Source: Octopus vulgaris (lineage: Eukaryota). Taken from it: 64,000 bases of DNA. The DNA is taken from contig OX597825.1 in assembly GCA_951406725.2 (NCBI GenBank), positions 71,362,001-71,426,000 of the forward strand, written 5' to 3'. Each line of letters begins with the position of its first letter. Position 1 is the first letter of the stretch. Both the position numbers and the translations under genes were made by a program. Under the pieces are notes generated by a model that was given only the letters and a program-made list of their open reading frames with translations, did not search any database and was not told the DNA's origin. Positions 25,091 through 37,174 of this stretch are shown one piece after another.

Positions 25091-28000
25091 CTTGTGTTAG
25101 GTTGACCAACCAAACAGTATGCACTTTCATTTTTTGTTTCCTTTCTTTCCTGCAGACCACGTACCCCTTCGTAATCCACAATTGGCTGACTTAATTCTGG
25201 TAAGATGTGAGGCTGGCTGTTAGAGTTTCCGTAGTCGATGCTACTCATAACGAATGGTTGATTGATTTGTTATTATTACAATTATTATTATTTTCTAGTG
25301 ATCTTAGCAGTTTACTTAATTCACCTCATATTATTATTATTATCATTTTTTTTTTTTTGACTTCTTTGAATAACCTCACCAGAATCCTGACCATGCACAT
25401 GTGAAAGATATCACCTTGTTGCATGCCTCTTTCAGAGCACATTTTATGAATGATGCTAGAGATTTCATTAGCTACCTCTTCGTTTTTTTTTCTACATATC
25501 TAAAAATTATTTTTTCATTCCCCCCACCCCTTAAATATGCATGCAAATCCTTTAATATTTTTTCGAGAATAAACTTCCACCGAATATTTTTTCCTGCTTT
25601 GTTTTTACATAGAACCTTGTTTCTAGAGATATTTTATTTTGTGATGTGTTTTTGTAGTCACTTATTTACTAGTTTACTCTAATTAGACGATTTTTCTTTT
25701 TGTTTTTTTTTTTAATTAATTTTTTTCTTTTATTTTAATTCTAAAAATAATTTCAATAATTCTTCGTTTCAGCTGAAAAGCGAGAGGTTTTTGATGTAAC
25801 AGTCAAGATTCTCTACTAGAGTAACACAATATTTTCTTATGTCTGCTATAGTTGTCTCCCTTGCCCTAAGTCAGCAATTTAATTACAACCACAATCAAGT
25901 CGCACTTGTCACGTGTCTCATTTACAAACTCGGAGAAAATTTGCTATCTTTGTGAAATCTGTTTGCGAAAATTTCAGCGACAAATTGCAAAAATAATATA
26001 TAATCTTAAAAACTTATTTCCATTAATTAGCAAAAATTACATTTAAAATATAACCTATAACCCAATTGTTAAATTACAGTAGGAAATTGTAATAGTTGTT
26101 TTTAGTTTTCACTCCCCAAATTGCCAAAAATTCCTTGATTTTATCGCTACTGGAAGCATTTCTCAGGATGTTAACCTTAGTTTTCTGACACCCCATCCCC
26201 CGGCCAAATTTTTGTTACAGTTTATTTTATTTTAGTTTTTATTTTTATTTATGTTTAGGAAGCGACGTTTTAAATCATTTTCTTTTTTACTAACTGGTAG
26301 AATGTGTACATGCGCTCGGGTTGGAAGGCACTGGACATGCGAGATTACGCGCGTGTGTACGTGTGTGGCCCGCCTCCTGATCGCACATTTGAGTAAAACC
26401 TCAACTTTCAGTCTGCTAGAAAAAGCAGCCAATTTTGCTTCAAGTCATCCTGTGTATTATTTTAGGTAGAGAAGGACACTGTTTTGATACCTGTGTATCA
26501 AAGATGGGTTGATCACAGCTGCTGCTCAATCAGTGCTGGCCGAGTCTAAACAAGCAGCAGGAATTACAATGAAATTTTATACAAATACCTTTTAGGTGGT
26601 GTGATTATATCACAATATGTTGTGGAAAAAAAATAATAATAAAAGCATTGGTGGCCAGTCTCATACACACAGACACATGACAAAATGAAAACTGGTGTCC
26701 ACCCACCAGTTTGTTTTTACACATTAAATTCCAATAAAATCGTAATTTACGCAATCTGAAAGGTATTTGTGGAATATTTCATTAAAAAATACTCATTTTT
26801 TTTTTAAAGTTATGAAGAAACAAAGTCAACTCAGGTGTATTATTTGAAACTCATCTCCAACCCCTCTGAAAAAATTTTTTACAGTAAATTCTAATATAAT
26901 CAGAATCTATATAATTTGAAAGGTATTCGTAGAAAATGTCATTGAAAAATATCCCTGCTTCTGAAAGTTAGGAAACAAATTCAGGGTGGGAGGCACACTT
27001 GAGTAGATATGCTAAATTTTTTGTAGTGTGGCCTGCCTGATGATGAACCTTGTTTCATGTGGCCTGCTTTCTTAAGAAAGGTTGCCCTCGCCTGCCTGTT
27101 CTAGAATATGTACCAGTCACCCAGGCAGCTGTAGAGAAAAAAATCACTTCAAACAAAACCACCTGAAAAACCCATTGTTTTAGTTCACCAACAGCTGAAT
27201 AATTTCAGTTGAAAATATATACACCTTATCTTTCAATTCTGTTTCTTGTCTCTCTTGCAAAATTTAGATGAGAAATCTTTTACGATCACATTGTTTGTTT
27301 ATTCTTTTGTTTGAGTTATTCTGGGAGTATTTTGTTGATTTGTGTATCTTTCTGTGTGTCTTAGTTTTCTTAGTGCTAATATAGAACTTAGAAAGATTTT
27401 GTCACTTTTTCTTTCTAATTTTACTTACCCAAGTCACTTTTGTATCCAGCTGCTGCCTTTAGTTGTTAAATTTTAATTTGTGTTTCATTTATTTCACTTC
27501 AATTTTTGTTTTCTCTTCCATAATTTCTTTTAATGATTTATGTTTTTCTTTTTTATTTTTATTAGTCAGAGGCATGTCTGTGTGGTTAACAAGCTTGCTT
27601 TGCAACCACATGGTTTGGAGTTCAGTCCCACTACATGGCACCTCAGGCAAATGTCTACTGTAGCCCTTATCTGGCCAATGCCTTGTGAGTGAATTTGGTA
27701 GAGAGAAACTATGTGGAAGCCTGCTCTGTGTGTGTGTGTGTGTTTGTCCCCCACTGCTACTTGACAACTAGTATTGGTCTCTTTTGCCAAACCTCTAAGT
27801 TACAGGAATGTAAGCAAACCAATAGAATATGTTCCAGACACTTTACCTAAAGTGTTCAAGGCAGTGCCCCAGCATGGCTGCAGTCCAATAACTGAAACAA
27901 GTAAAAGATAGAAGATAAGTAAATTGCTATGTATCTATGTATAGGATATTAGCTCCATGGTAAGCTGTTGAATCCGAGATTTGATTTTGAATCTCTCAGT

Positions 28001-28727
28001 TGTTGAAACCTTCTCAAACCATTTACAGGTGTTACGGTAATGTTATTCGACAAGGTGCTTAGCTTGGAGGTTGGGTGAATTTGGTAGATGGAGTTTGTGT
28101 GTGTGTCTTTGTGTTGGTTTGCTTTTTGTGCCTGTAACTTAGCAGTTTGACAAAAGAGACCAACAGACTAAGTACCAAACTTAAAAAGTAAGTCGATTTC
28201 TTTGACTAAAACCTTTTAAGGTGGTGCCTCAGCATAGCCAACAGCTAAAACAAGTAAAAGATACAAGATAGAAGTGATGTTTGCAGCATTGAGTTATGGA
28301 CATGTATCCCATACAAATGTGTTAATTAAATTAATTTTTCAGATCTCTTGTTTAGTGTCTGTACCATAACCTTGAACAGTCTCAGGTAAAGTTTGATTAG
28401 ATAACCATTACCTGTATATCATCAGTAGTGACCAGGCCATGGGTTTACAGTAGTACTTATTTCAGCCTGAGAACTGTAGCTATGCTGGGGCACCACTCTT
28501 ATAGCGCCAGAGAATTCTGGATAAATACTTCAATAAGATCGATGGTTGGGACCCAAAATCATAAAACATCAAGTAGTTAATACATACAACTGTCTACATC
28601 TGATTTAATCTCCTTCACCGGAAAAACCTTAATCTTTAATCTCCCTAGCAAAATCATTTTTATAAACTGAGTTTACTAAAATTGGAAAGAAACTTCACAC
28701 ATATTCACAGATGTATACATACATATG

Positions 28728-28761
<34 letters not shown>

Positions 28762-29364
28762 TACACACACACTTTCTTTTGTTCCTTCTAGTAATTTTTT
28801 CCATCATTGTGATGGTTAATGTTACCTTATTTTCATATTTTCTGCTCTCTGCAACCTTTCTTGAATTAATCTCTATTAAATGTAATCGCATTTGGTTTGA
28901 GAACCTTAAAAATAATGTATTCTATTGTCATTAATTTCCATCACTGCTGTTGTCTGGCAGCAGCAGAAGTGATTCCTACAATGTCTTGTAATTCTTGCAA
29001 ATGTTTTCCATGTTCTGCTATTATTATATTGTCACTTTGATTAAATTAAATATGACATTCTGAAGTTTGAAGACCCTTAATTTTTAAGATTTACCAAAAC
29101 TCAGAGCATTTAAAGTGGGTAAATATAATTCCATGTCTTAAGTGAATTTATTATTATTATTTAGCATGTCAAATAAAATGCTTATTGGCGATTCGCCCAT
29201 CTTTACATTCTGAGTTCAACTTCCACCGCGGCTGACTTTGCCTTTCATCCTTTTGGGGTCAATTAAATAAGCACCAGTTGAGTACTGGGATGGATATAAT
29301 CAACTAGCCCCTTCCCACAAAATTCCAGGCCTTGTACCTATAGTGGAATGCAGCAGTGGCCATT

Positions 29365-29605
29365 GCCCCCTGACTGGCTCCCATTCTGGTGGCACGTAAA
29401 ATGCATCATCCGAATGTGGTCGATGTCGGGTCCACCTGACTGGCTCCTGTGCCTGTGGCACATAAAAAGCGCCATCTGAACATGGCTGATGCTAGTGCCC
29501 CCTGACTGGCTCCCATGCTGGTGGCACGTAAAAAGCACAATCTGAATGTGATCAATGTCAGGCCTGCCTGACTGGCTCCTGTGCCAGTGGCATGTAAAAA
29601 GCACC
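29365..29605 (+). repeat. ~63-bp tandem repeat, about four copies, in an RTE 3' tail
   Basis: CCTGACTGGCTCC...GTGGCA(C/T)(G/A)TAAAA repeated. Confidence 0.85.
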
Positions 29606-30110
29606 CACTACACTCTCGGAGTGGTTGGCATTAGGAAGAGCGTGCAGCTGTAGAAACATTGCCAGATCAGATTGGAGCCTGGTGCAGCCACTGGCTCTCT
29701 AGACATCAGTCAAACCATCTGATGAAGATTTTGAGCAGAATTTCTGTTAGTGAGAAATTTATTAGTAGGCAGTTTAAATGTTGATTTAATGTGTTGAGAT
29801 TAACTAAACAGGCAAAGTAAATTATAAATTAACACAGCGATAATTATACAAAAATGCTTGATTGTGCTGGGTGTAGGGATTTTGTTTATTTTCTTACATT
29901 GAAATGTAATGATGTGTTTGTATAGACAATTATATATTGTGTGTGTGTGTGTGTGTGTATGTAAACATATTTTGTTTAGGCATTGTAATACTAATAATTT
30001 GATGTAGAGCTTGATATACAATGCTTCGGAATGAAGTGTTAGTCAAGTACAGAGTGGTAATAAAAAAATGAAATGACCAAGAAATAAACAATTATCTTAT
30101 GAACTTCATT

Positions 30111-30191
30111 GGCTTACAGCTGTTTCAGCTACAAGATGCATTAGACTCATAGTTCAGTGCCTAACTATTAACTCAGAGCTTCTTCAGAGCC
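30111..30191 (-). ncRNA. Type I hammerhead ribozyme motif (Penelope-like retroelement type), intact core
   Basis: Minus strand reads GGCU-CUGAAGA-AGCU-(46 nt)-AGCU-GAAA-CAGCUG-UA^AGCC: stem I GGCU/AGCC, CUGANGA box, stem II AGCU/AGCU, GAAA box, palindromic stem III, GUA cleavage triplet. Confidence 0.75.
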
Positions 30192-31507
30192 TCAAATATG
30201 AAGTGCAGTGTGTGTATATGTGTATGTATGTATATATAAGAAGGGATGACCACTAAATGGACATGCAATATGCTAGAAATAGATCACCTACGATCTAACC
30301 ACAAAGAAAAGAATGTTCTCTAGAAAAATTCAGCAAACAGCAGAACATTCATGTTCTGGTGTTTGCTGATGAGTTAGTGGTCATCCCTTCTTATACGCAT
30401 GTAATACAATTTTTCTGAATTTTCAGATTTTTCAATATGCTAAGCCACTGGTTCTAAATTGATGTTAATTAGTTTAATTAAAATAATATTCAATTTATCT
30501 CCCTCATTGTTTAAATTTTATATATATACATGAAAAAGTATGATAAACACGTAAATTCACTTTATACCACTTGTTCTTTATGCATGTTTCACCATTGTGG
30601 CTATTTGCACCCTCTCCAGCAGGTGTTCATAATGCATTTGGATGTAGATCCACAATGGCTCCTCTGGGGAAAACTTTACTATACAACACAAAACGAATGC
30701 TTGATGATGATGATGATATATTCATTGGACAGTGGTGAAAAGTGTTAGAGATATTAGGACATACTGAACCTTGTTATGTGGAGCACATACATGCATTTGC
30801 ATAAATAAACTGTCTCCCTTGTCCCCTAGAAATAGAAACAGCTAACATAAACTCATGGTTCTTCAACTTGCTAGATATAGCAGCCAAATCTCACTCTAAT
30901 GAAATCTGACCACCTTAAGCTTTTTATTGTGAAATTCATTGTTATTCCTGCAATGAAATTGATATTTTCCATAAGTTACGTTGCTGATAAACTTGACATA
31001 TCTCAGCAGAGAATAGTTTCAAACATAACACTCCTTACCAAAAGATAGATTGGTGCATAAAACGGCTTAGTGCAGTTAAAGGTAATGAAATTTGGAGTGG
31101 ATATATCTGATTTGATTTCCACAGTACGGGAACTACAGATTAACACCATGAGGAATTTTTGACACGGATGCTCATTTTGCTAGAAACAGCACTCAATTCT
31201 TCTTCAGCTCACATATTTGCAAATGAAACATATGTAAAGATGCATAATAATACCTAAAATCTTTTTTCAATATTCTGTTTTATATGACAGTTAAATAGAA
31301 GTCATAATCATTCTAAATTTCTGATAGTGGTTTTTCCAAACAGTTGACTGACAAACCATTATTGGTCAGACTTCAAAGTCACAGTCACTCTGTATAAGAT
31401 ATTTTGACACTACACCTGTATTGAGTTCTCTTTTCAGTGAATGTTACTTACTGTTTTTAATCTTCTTTGAAAGCTCAAATATTGATAATTACACATGTGT
31501 GTGTGTC

Positions 31508-31581
<74 letters not shown>

Positions 31582-31583
<2 letters not shown>

Positions 31584-31814
31584 AGAGTGGCCCAAAAGTA
31601 GGTTTACAGTTATCATGTAGGCACTTTAAATTTCTTTTAAAACATTTTATTACATTTAAATTTCTATCTTACAAACTGAAAAGGGAGTTTGACAAAATTA
31701 ACTAAATTAGCATAGAATAATGGTTTCATATTATTTTATAATTAAGATCTAAACTGTTAGTATATGAATGCGAAAGAGATAGTTGAATAACTGTAAACTT
31801 ACTTGTGGTCCGTC

Positions 31815-31817
<3 letters not shown>
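31582..31817. mobile_element. Tc1/mariner-type MITE within (TA)n
   Basis: Imperfect TIRs ...GGCCCAAAAGTAGGTTTACAGTTAT / ATAACTGTAAACTTACTTGTGGTCC..., with TA microsatellite on both sides. Confidence 0.65.
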
Positions 31818-31851
<34 letters not shown>

Positions 31852-32164
31852 GCTCGTGTGTTTGTGCAATTTTCTTTGTTCATTTTGTTCTATAAAATGG
31901 AAAAAATATTATCTGTTGTTGAATCTTGTCAGATATGTTATAAAACATAGCAAATTTGATGATTATTGTATATCTATAAATTGCAGTTTCATAATTTCTA
32001 AATGCTATTGACTTTCCAGGTTTGGGATTTTGAATGCAATCTTATGTGGTATATATTGCTTTAAATGCACCTCTTTCTGTGTCTGTTTTGTAGTATTACG
32101 TAGAATTGGTTAATTGGTTTAGCTATTTCATTTCTATTTCAATCTTCCTCAATTTGTTTGACAG

Positions 32165-32181
32165 TGAAGCAGAGGAAACAG
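32165..32181 (+). other. Candidate 17-nt micro-exon upstream of the TRIM-NHL main exon
   Basis: Pyrimidine-rich tract + gacag | TGAAGCAGAGGAAACAG | gtttgt. Joined to 32426 it reads in frame x-E-A-E-E-T-G-M-M-S-S without a stop. Confidence 0.4.
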
Positions 32182-32427
32182 GTTTGTTAAAAAAAAGAGC
32201 CCCCTATTGTACCATCTTTGAAAGTGTTGAGTAGTTTCAAAGGGCTACTGTATCATAAATGTCCTCAAACAAAACTAGAATTGAAAATCTTGTAACTTGA
32301 TACCAAATGTTTTGTTTTTTTTTATAAAAAAACTCCAAATTTTGTTTAGCTTTTCATGTAATTAAGAAATCATTAACTATAAATGTTTATTTTTTTCTTA
32401 CCTTTTTCTTTTTTGTTTGTTCCAGGT

Positions 32428-34458
32428 ATGATGTCATCTACCCTGGTGGAGACTGTTTCAATCAACTATGAAGACTTCAACGATAGTTTTCTGACATGCG
32501 GCACATGTCTCTGCATTTACGACAGCGCCGAGCATTCTCCTAAGCTGCTGCCTTGCTCGCACACAGTATGCAAGAGTTGCTTGGTGAGCATTGTTGAAGC
32601 TCAAGTCCACGACACCGGAACGTTTCGTTGTCCAATCTGCCGAGAAACCATCAACATCCCACGAGGTGGGGTGACTTCTTTTCCACCCAGTTTTATCGTC
32701 AACCAACTTTTGGATCTAATGTCTCAGCAGCGCCGAGATGTCATCCCAAAATGTTCCAATCATCCCTCCCAAGAGTTGTTATTTTGTGAAACCTGTGATA
32801 CGGTATTTTGCACTCTATGCACCGGAGGCGAGCATTACGGCAAGGGGGCCAGTGAACACACGGTGATACCTTTTTCTATAGCAATAAAACGTATGTCAGA
32901 GATTCTCTTGTACAAGGCCCAGTTGTGCATTGGGAACCTGACAACAGCTTATGATAATGTATCTGGTGAAATGCTCCGCCTTGAAAATAGTGTTGAAAGA
33001 GCCATAGAGACTATTAATCGTACTTTCCAGGATCTTATTAATCTAATTGACAAAAGACGGCATGAAGTTCTCCAAAAAGTTCGCAAGATTCGAGAACATA
33101 AAAAGGGAGATCTCAAGGAACAATTAGATCTGATTCAGGCGGAGAAAGAGAAAGTTCAAAATGAATGTGATGGATTACAGTACCAAGTTGAAGTTCGGAA
33201 CATCACAAAAAAGATTGGAGATTTAAATGAGAAACTCGACGCTACCAGTACCTTAGGGGAGCCACGTGAAAACCACTTCATTAAATGCGAATTCAAACAT
33301 AACACTGCATACAAGGACATATCGAATGCGCTTGCTAATTTTGGTTGCATTAAAGTAAGCACCACATTTCCTGCACTCTCCACTGCAAAAATTAACAAAG
33401 CCATTACCCATTTGCGCTCAACCATCACAGTTGTTACTGTTGATTACCATGGTAACCCTCGAACTACAGGCTGCGATCCAGTTGTTACGGAACTGCGTTC
33501 AGCTTCTGGTCAATTAATTGACACCAAAATCCGTGACAAAGATGACGGGACCTATGAAATAAGTTTTGTGCCGCCCAAAGCTGGTAAGCTGAAGTTGTGT
33601 ATCAGCATCTTTGATCGGCCCATCAAAGACAGTCCATATGTAATAGATGTCTGTGACCATAACAACCCAATTTGGAAATACGGAAGTCGGGGAACAGGCC
33701 TAGACAATTTCATACAACCGGTGCGTGTAGTAACAGACAAAGAAGGTTCCATTTTTATCTCAGATACCGGTAATAGTCGCATCAAAGTTTTAAACAGCAA
33801 TGGGGTGTTGGAACGTCACATAAGCTCCGAGGCGCTTGAGAGACAAAGTGGTATTGGAGTGTGTGTCAGCCCAACTGGGAACCTCATTACTGTAAACTGG
33901 CGCACTAAAATGGTGTACACATTAAGCAACGAGGGAGAATTGCTCTCGAAATTTACATCGAGTCATTTCCAGGAACCAATCGATGTGGCTGTAAATAGCA
34001 AAGGCGACATTATCGTTGGTGATATGGGAGCAGCCAAAGTGTTGATATTTGACGCTGAAGGCAATCTCCTTCAACAATTCGGTAAAAAAGGAAGCAAAGA
34101 AGGAGAGTTTAAGTTATTAACGTCAGTGTGTGTCGGTTGTAATGATCAGATCCTTGTTTCAGACCATCGGATACAAATCTTCGACAAAAACGGCAAGTTT
34201 CTGCGCCAGGTGAACAACACTGGCAAAGGACAATATGAAGGTATAACTGTCGACCCAAATGGCCTAATCCTTGCTACAAAAACTGACAGAGGTAAAGGTG
34301 TTGTGCAGATCTTCAGTTCCAATGGAAATTTCCAGTTTGCAATTGACAGTTTTGATGACAAGTTGATGCGACCCAGTGGTCTGATCACCACTCAAGAACA
34401 GTACGTCTATGTGGTTGATTTGGGAAACAACTGTCTCAAAAAGTTCCGATACAAGTGA
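32428..34458 (+). CDS. TRIM-NHL family RING E3 ubiquitin ligase (TRIM2/TRIM3-like architecture; probably the invertebrate NHL-3-like clade), 676 aa from the first Met of the exon
   Basis: 691-codon ORF. RING CGTC...CSHTVCKSC...CPIC; B-box CSNH...CETCDTVFCTLC...H; coiled coil; filamin repeat (DKDDGTYEISFVP...SPY); NHL repeats (FIQPVRVVTDKEGSIFISDTGNSRIKV, FQEPIDVAVNSKGDIIVGD, RPSGL...VYVVDLGNNCLKKF). The first 15 codons of the ORF track are a polypyrimidine tract ending in the acceptor ttccag at 32424-32425, so the exon starts at 32426 and the first ATG is 32428. Confidence 0.95.
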   Translation: MMSSTLVETVSINYEDFNDSFLTCGTCLCIYDSAEHSPKLLPCSHTVCKSCLVSIVEAQVHDTGTFRCPICRETINIPRGGVTSFPPSFIVNQLLDLMSQQRRDVIPKCSNHPSQELLFCETCDTVFCTLCTGGEHYGKGASEHTVIPFSIAIKRMSEILLYKAQLCIGNLTTAYDNVSGEMLRLENSVERAIETINRTFQDLINLIDKRRHEVLQKVRKIREHKKGDLKEQLDLIQAEKEKVQNECDGLQYQVEVRNITKKIGDLNEKLDATSTLGEPRENHFIKCEFKHNTAYKDISNALANFGCIKVSTTFPALSTAKINKAITHLRSTITVVTVDYHGNPRTTGCDPVVTELRSASGQLIDTKIRDKDDGTYEISFVPPKAGKLKLCISIFDRPIKDSPYVIDVCDHNNPIWKYGSRGTGLDNFIQPVRVVTDKEGSIFISDTGNSRIKVLNSNGVLERHISSEALERQSGIGVCVSPTGNLITVNWRTKMVYTLSNEGELLSKFTSSHFQEPIDVAVNSKGDIIVGDMGAAKVLIFDAEGNLLQQFGKKGSKEGEFKLLTSVCVGCNDQILVSDHRIQIFDKNGKFLRQVNNTGKGQYEGITVDPNGLILATKTDRGKGVVQIFSSNGNFQFAIDSFDDKLMRPSGLITTQEQYVYVVDLGNNCLKKFRYK

Positions 34459-34501
34459 AGGTCAGTAGCGCTATTTTATTTATTTATTTTTAAAAAATTA
34501 A

Positions 34502-34716
34502 CCCTTTCATTACTGTATTTATTTTGAGATACTCTGTTTTTCTTTCAAGTAATCTTAAATATAACCAAGAATTTATCAAAATAACTTAGTGATCATTCAG
34601 CTAGTGTTAGGAACATAAATTGTGACTAAGGTTTGGTGGAAGATTTTAGTTCAAAACTTATGAAAATTAGACATTTGTACTTAGAGCCAGTTTCAGCCAG
34701 GTTGGTAATGAAAGGG
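34502..34716. mobile_element. piggyBac-type MITE, family 1 (second copy, just downstream of the TRIM stop codon)
   Basis: TTAA|CCCTTTCATTAC ... GTAATGAAAGGG|TTAA; internal sequence matches 9853-10060. Confidence 0.85.
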
Positions 34717-35140
34717 TTAAGTCGGTGAGCTGGCAGACTCATTTGTACACTGGCCAAAATGCTTAGCAGCATCTTCTCCATCTCTACGTTCTTGAGCTCA
34801 ACTTTACTTTTCACCATTTCAGGGTCAATAAAATAAGTACCAGCTGAACACGGGTCAGTGTAATTGACCAGTTATCAACTAGCCACCCGCTCTTGAAATT
34901 GTTGGTCTTGTGCCAAAATTTGAAATCATTATTTTTTAACAAGTTATTTTGTTAATTTAGCAATATCTTAACTGTGATATCAATATTTTGCCAATTGTGA
35001 TTGTTGGTGAGGTCATGCTTCTCATTTTAAAGTCATAACTCTAAAGATGTTGGTACTACTGTTTCAGTACTGGGATCAATGTAATTGACTATTCCCCTCC
35101 CACAAAATTTCAGACCTTGTGCCTATAGTTGAAAGGATCA

Positions 35141-35494
35141 TTATTACCTCTGCCTTAGCTAAGGTTTTCAGTTGTGTTTGTTTTTCTGTGGACAAAATAT
35201 CTCGAGAACCTCTGAATGGATTCGGATGAAACTTTCAGGGATGTTTGGCCTCATGACTGACATGAACTGATTAGATTTTGGGATCAGTGTGGTACCGGAC
35301 AAGAATTCTGGATTATTTTTCCTGTTTTTTAACTTAGTTTTTGAGAGTGGTTGGATTCATTTTTAGTATTCTCGTTTGTGAGAGCAGTTGAGTTTATTTC
35401 AGATATTCTCATTTTAAAAATCATCTCTGGCTAATCGTTCAGAGGATGTTGGTGTTGCCTTGGCGGAGGTTTGCACTGTCTGAGTGCTCTTGTT
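35141..35494 (+). mobile_element. Non-autonomous Helentron-type element (HINE/DINE-1-like)
   Basis: 5' TTATTACCTCTGCC is matched by subterminal CCTTGGCGGAGGT, followed by the 3' hairpin GCACT-gtctg-AGTGC and a CTTGTT end. No TSD seen. Confidence 0.65.
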
Positions 35495-35712
35495 ATCATT
35501 GTTATTAAGGCAGTGAGCTGGTTGCACAAAATGCTTAGTGGCACTTCCTCCATCTTTATGTTCCGAGTTCATATTCTGCTGAGGTGGACTTTGCCTTCCA
35601 TCCTTTCAGGGTCAATGCAACAAGTTGCGTTGCATACTGAGGTCAATGTAATAGACTAGCCCCCAATTTAAAGCCAAGTTCCTATAGTAGAAAGAATTAT
35701 TATTTTTATTAA

Positions 35713-35931
35713 CCCTTTAGTGTTCTGATTATTCTATCAAACATAATGTTTATTGATTCACATAGATTTGAATTAATCATGCATTTTCTCATATCTTCAA
35801 GATCTTGATGGTGTAATTACCTAATGTAGAATAACATTGTAGGGTAGGTGTGAGAGCCTGGATCTGGTCAGTTTGAACATAAAACAGATTAAATATTTTG
35901 GCCGGATATGGCTGGTTTAAATACTAAAGGG
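35713..35931. mobile_element. piggyBac-type MITE, family 2
   Basis: TTAA|CCCTTTAG ... CTAAAGGG; opposite orientation to 22533-22743. Confidence 0.8.
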
Positions 35932-36726
35932 TTTAGGCACTTGAGCATTGCTGTTTCATGGTATTATGTCAAACAGCTGCTGTCACATGTAGGACGTGTC
36001 CCCCTGTCAGCCAACTCTCATTCTGAAGATCACCCTCACTGCCTTCTTTTGGTTGGGAAGAACAGGCAGTTTTCCTCTGTCTGGTGTCTATGGCGAAAGA
36101 GGTTTTGTGGTAGACCAGACTGAAAGGTTTGAAGTTAGATAATTTCCTCTTTAGCCAAGGTCTTATTGACATTTTAAAAAAGTGGAGGTTGAGAAGGATA
36201 TGGTGTCACCCAGTAAATATTTTGAAAGGTGGATGAATGTGGCGAGGATGGTCCGAGTGAGTGGGCCTACTCTAAGCAGGTATCTATAGGCCAAGGTATG
36301 CTATGGTACTCTTGGTGAGTAGTGTGACTCGGGATCTGTGGGATTCTTTGGTTGTCCATTTTCACCAGTATTGGGAATTTTTTAAAGATTTTTTGCAATT
36401 TGTTATTATTTTACTGTTAACGTTTCTATGTAAATCACCACTATCATTTGTATGGTTTTAAATATTTTTGCAGGCCTTGTGGACAATAAAAAAATTATTA
36501 TTATTATTATTAAGGCTATGAGCCAACAGAACTGTTAGCATGCTGGGCCAAATGCTTTATGGCGTTTCATTTCTTCCAACCTTACATTTCTAAGTTGAAA
36601 TGCAGCCAAGGTTGACTTAGTTTATCAACCCTGGTAGGATGAAAGGCTAAGTACCAGTCAAGCACTGGGGGTCGATGGAATTGACTAGCCTCTTTCCCGA
36701 AAATTTTTGGGCCTTGAGCCTATAGT

Positions 36727-37174
36727 CATCATCATTGTTCGAACGTGGTCGAGACAATGGAATTTACTATGTTACGCCAGACTTCACGGTCCATCATGGC
36801 ATTACGGAGGTCCTGTTGCTGGATGCCTGTATCCCTGGAGATTACATCAGGGTAGGAGAGTGTGTGCCCTCCGGTATCGCGAGCAGATGGCTTCCAAAGG
36901 AGAAGAGGAGAAATTATCCTCATTTTCAGCTCTACAACAATGTCCAGCAAACTGGACTCTTCTACCTTTCACAAGAGAAGACACAGGTGGTAGTTTCCCA
37001 TATATTTGTACTTTGGTTGGATGATGCTTCCACTAGAGATTTTGAGCTCTCATAAGGAGGCGAGTGTAAGTTCTATTCAACTGCCTCTCAAGCTTCTTTG
37101 ATAACGTCCAGGTTTCTGAGCCATGTAGTAGAATTGGTTTGACTGTGGCTTTGAAGATTTTAAGTTTGAAATCT
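36727..37174 (-). mobile_element. 3' fragment of a second RTE-like LINE family inserted into a SINE tail
   Basis: Minus-strand frames give ...HGSETWTL...FAGHC... and ...LRNAMMDREVWR...; (TGA)n tail; flanking direct repeat CTATAGT at 36720-36726 and 37175-37181. Confidence 0.8.

Noticed and set aside
24299-25194. Cys/Val-rich and His/Thr-rich ORFs
   Set aside because: Translations of (GT)n repeats. The same applies to similar ORFs at 8.2, 16.6, 31.4, 38.7, 58.2 and 61-62 kb.
29365-29605. CRISPR-like repeat array (also 12255-12440 and 1-610)
   Set aside because: The intervening sequences are themselves repeated, the context is a eukaryotic retroelement 3' UTR or simple tandem repeat, and there are no cas genes.
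32383-32427. N-terminal MFIFFLPFSFLFVPG of the 691-aa ORF as a signal peptide
   Set aside because: It is the translated polypyrimidine tract and acceptor (ttccag) of an intron, and TRIM-NHL proteins are cytoplasmic.
32458-34391. Four antisense ORFs inside the TRIM CDS
   Set aside because: Shadow ORFs caused by codon bias of the sense gene.
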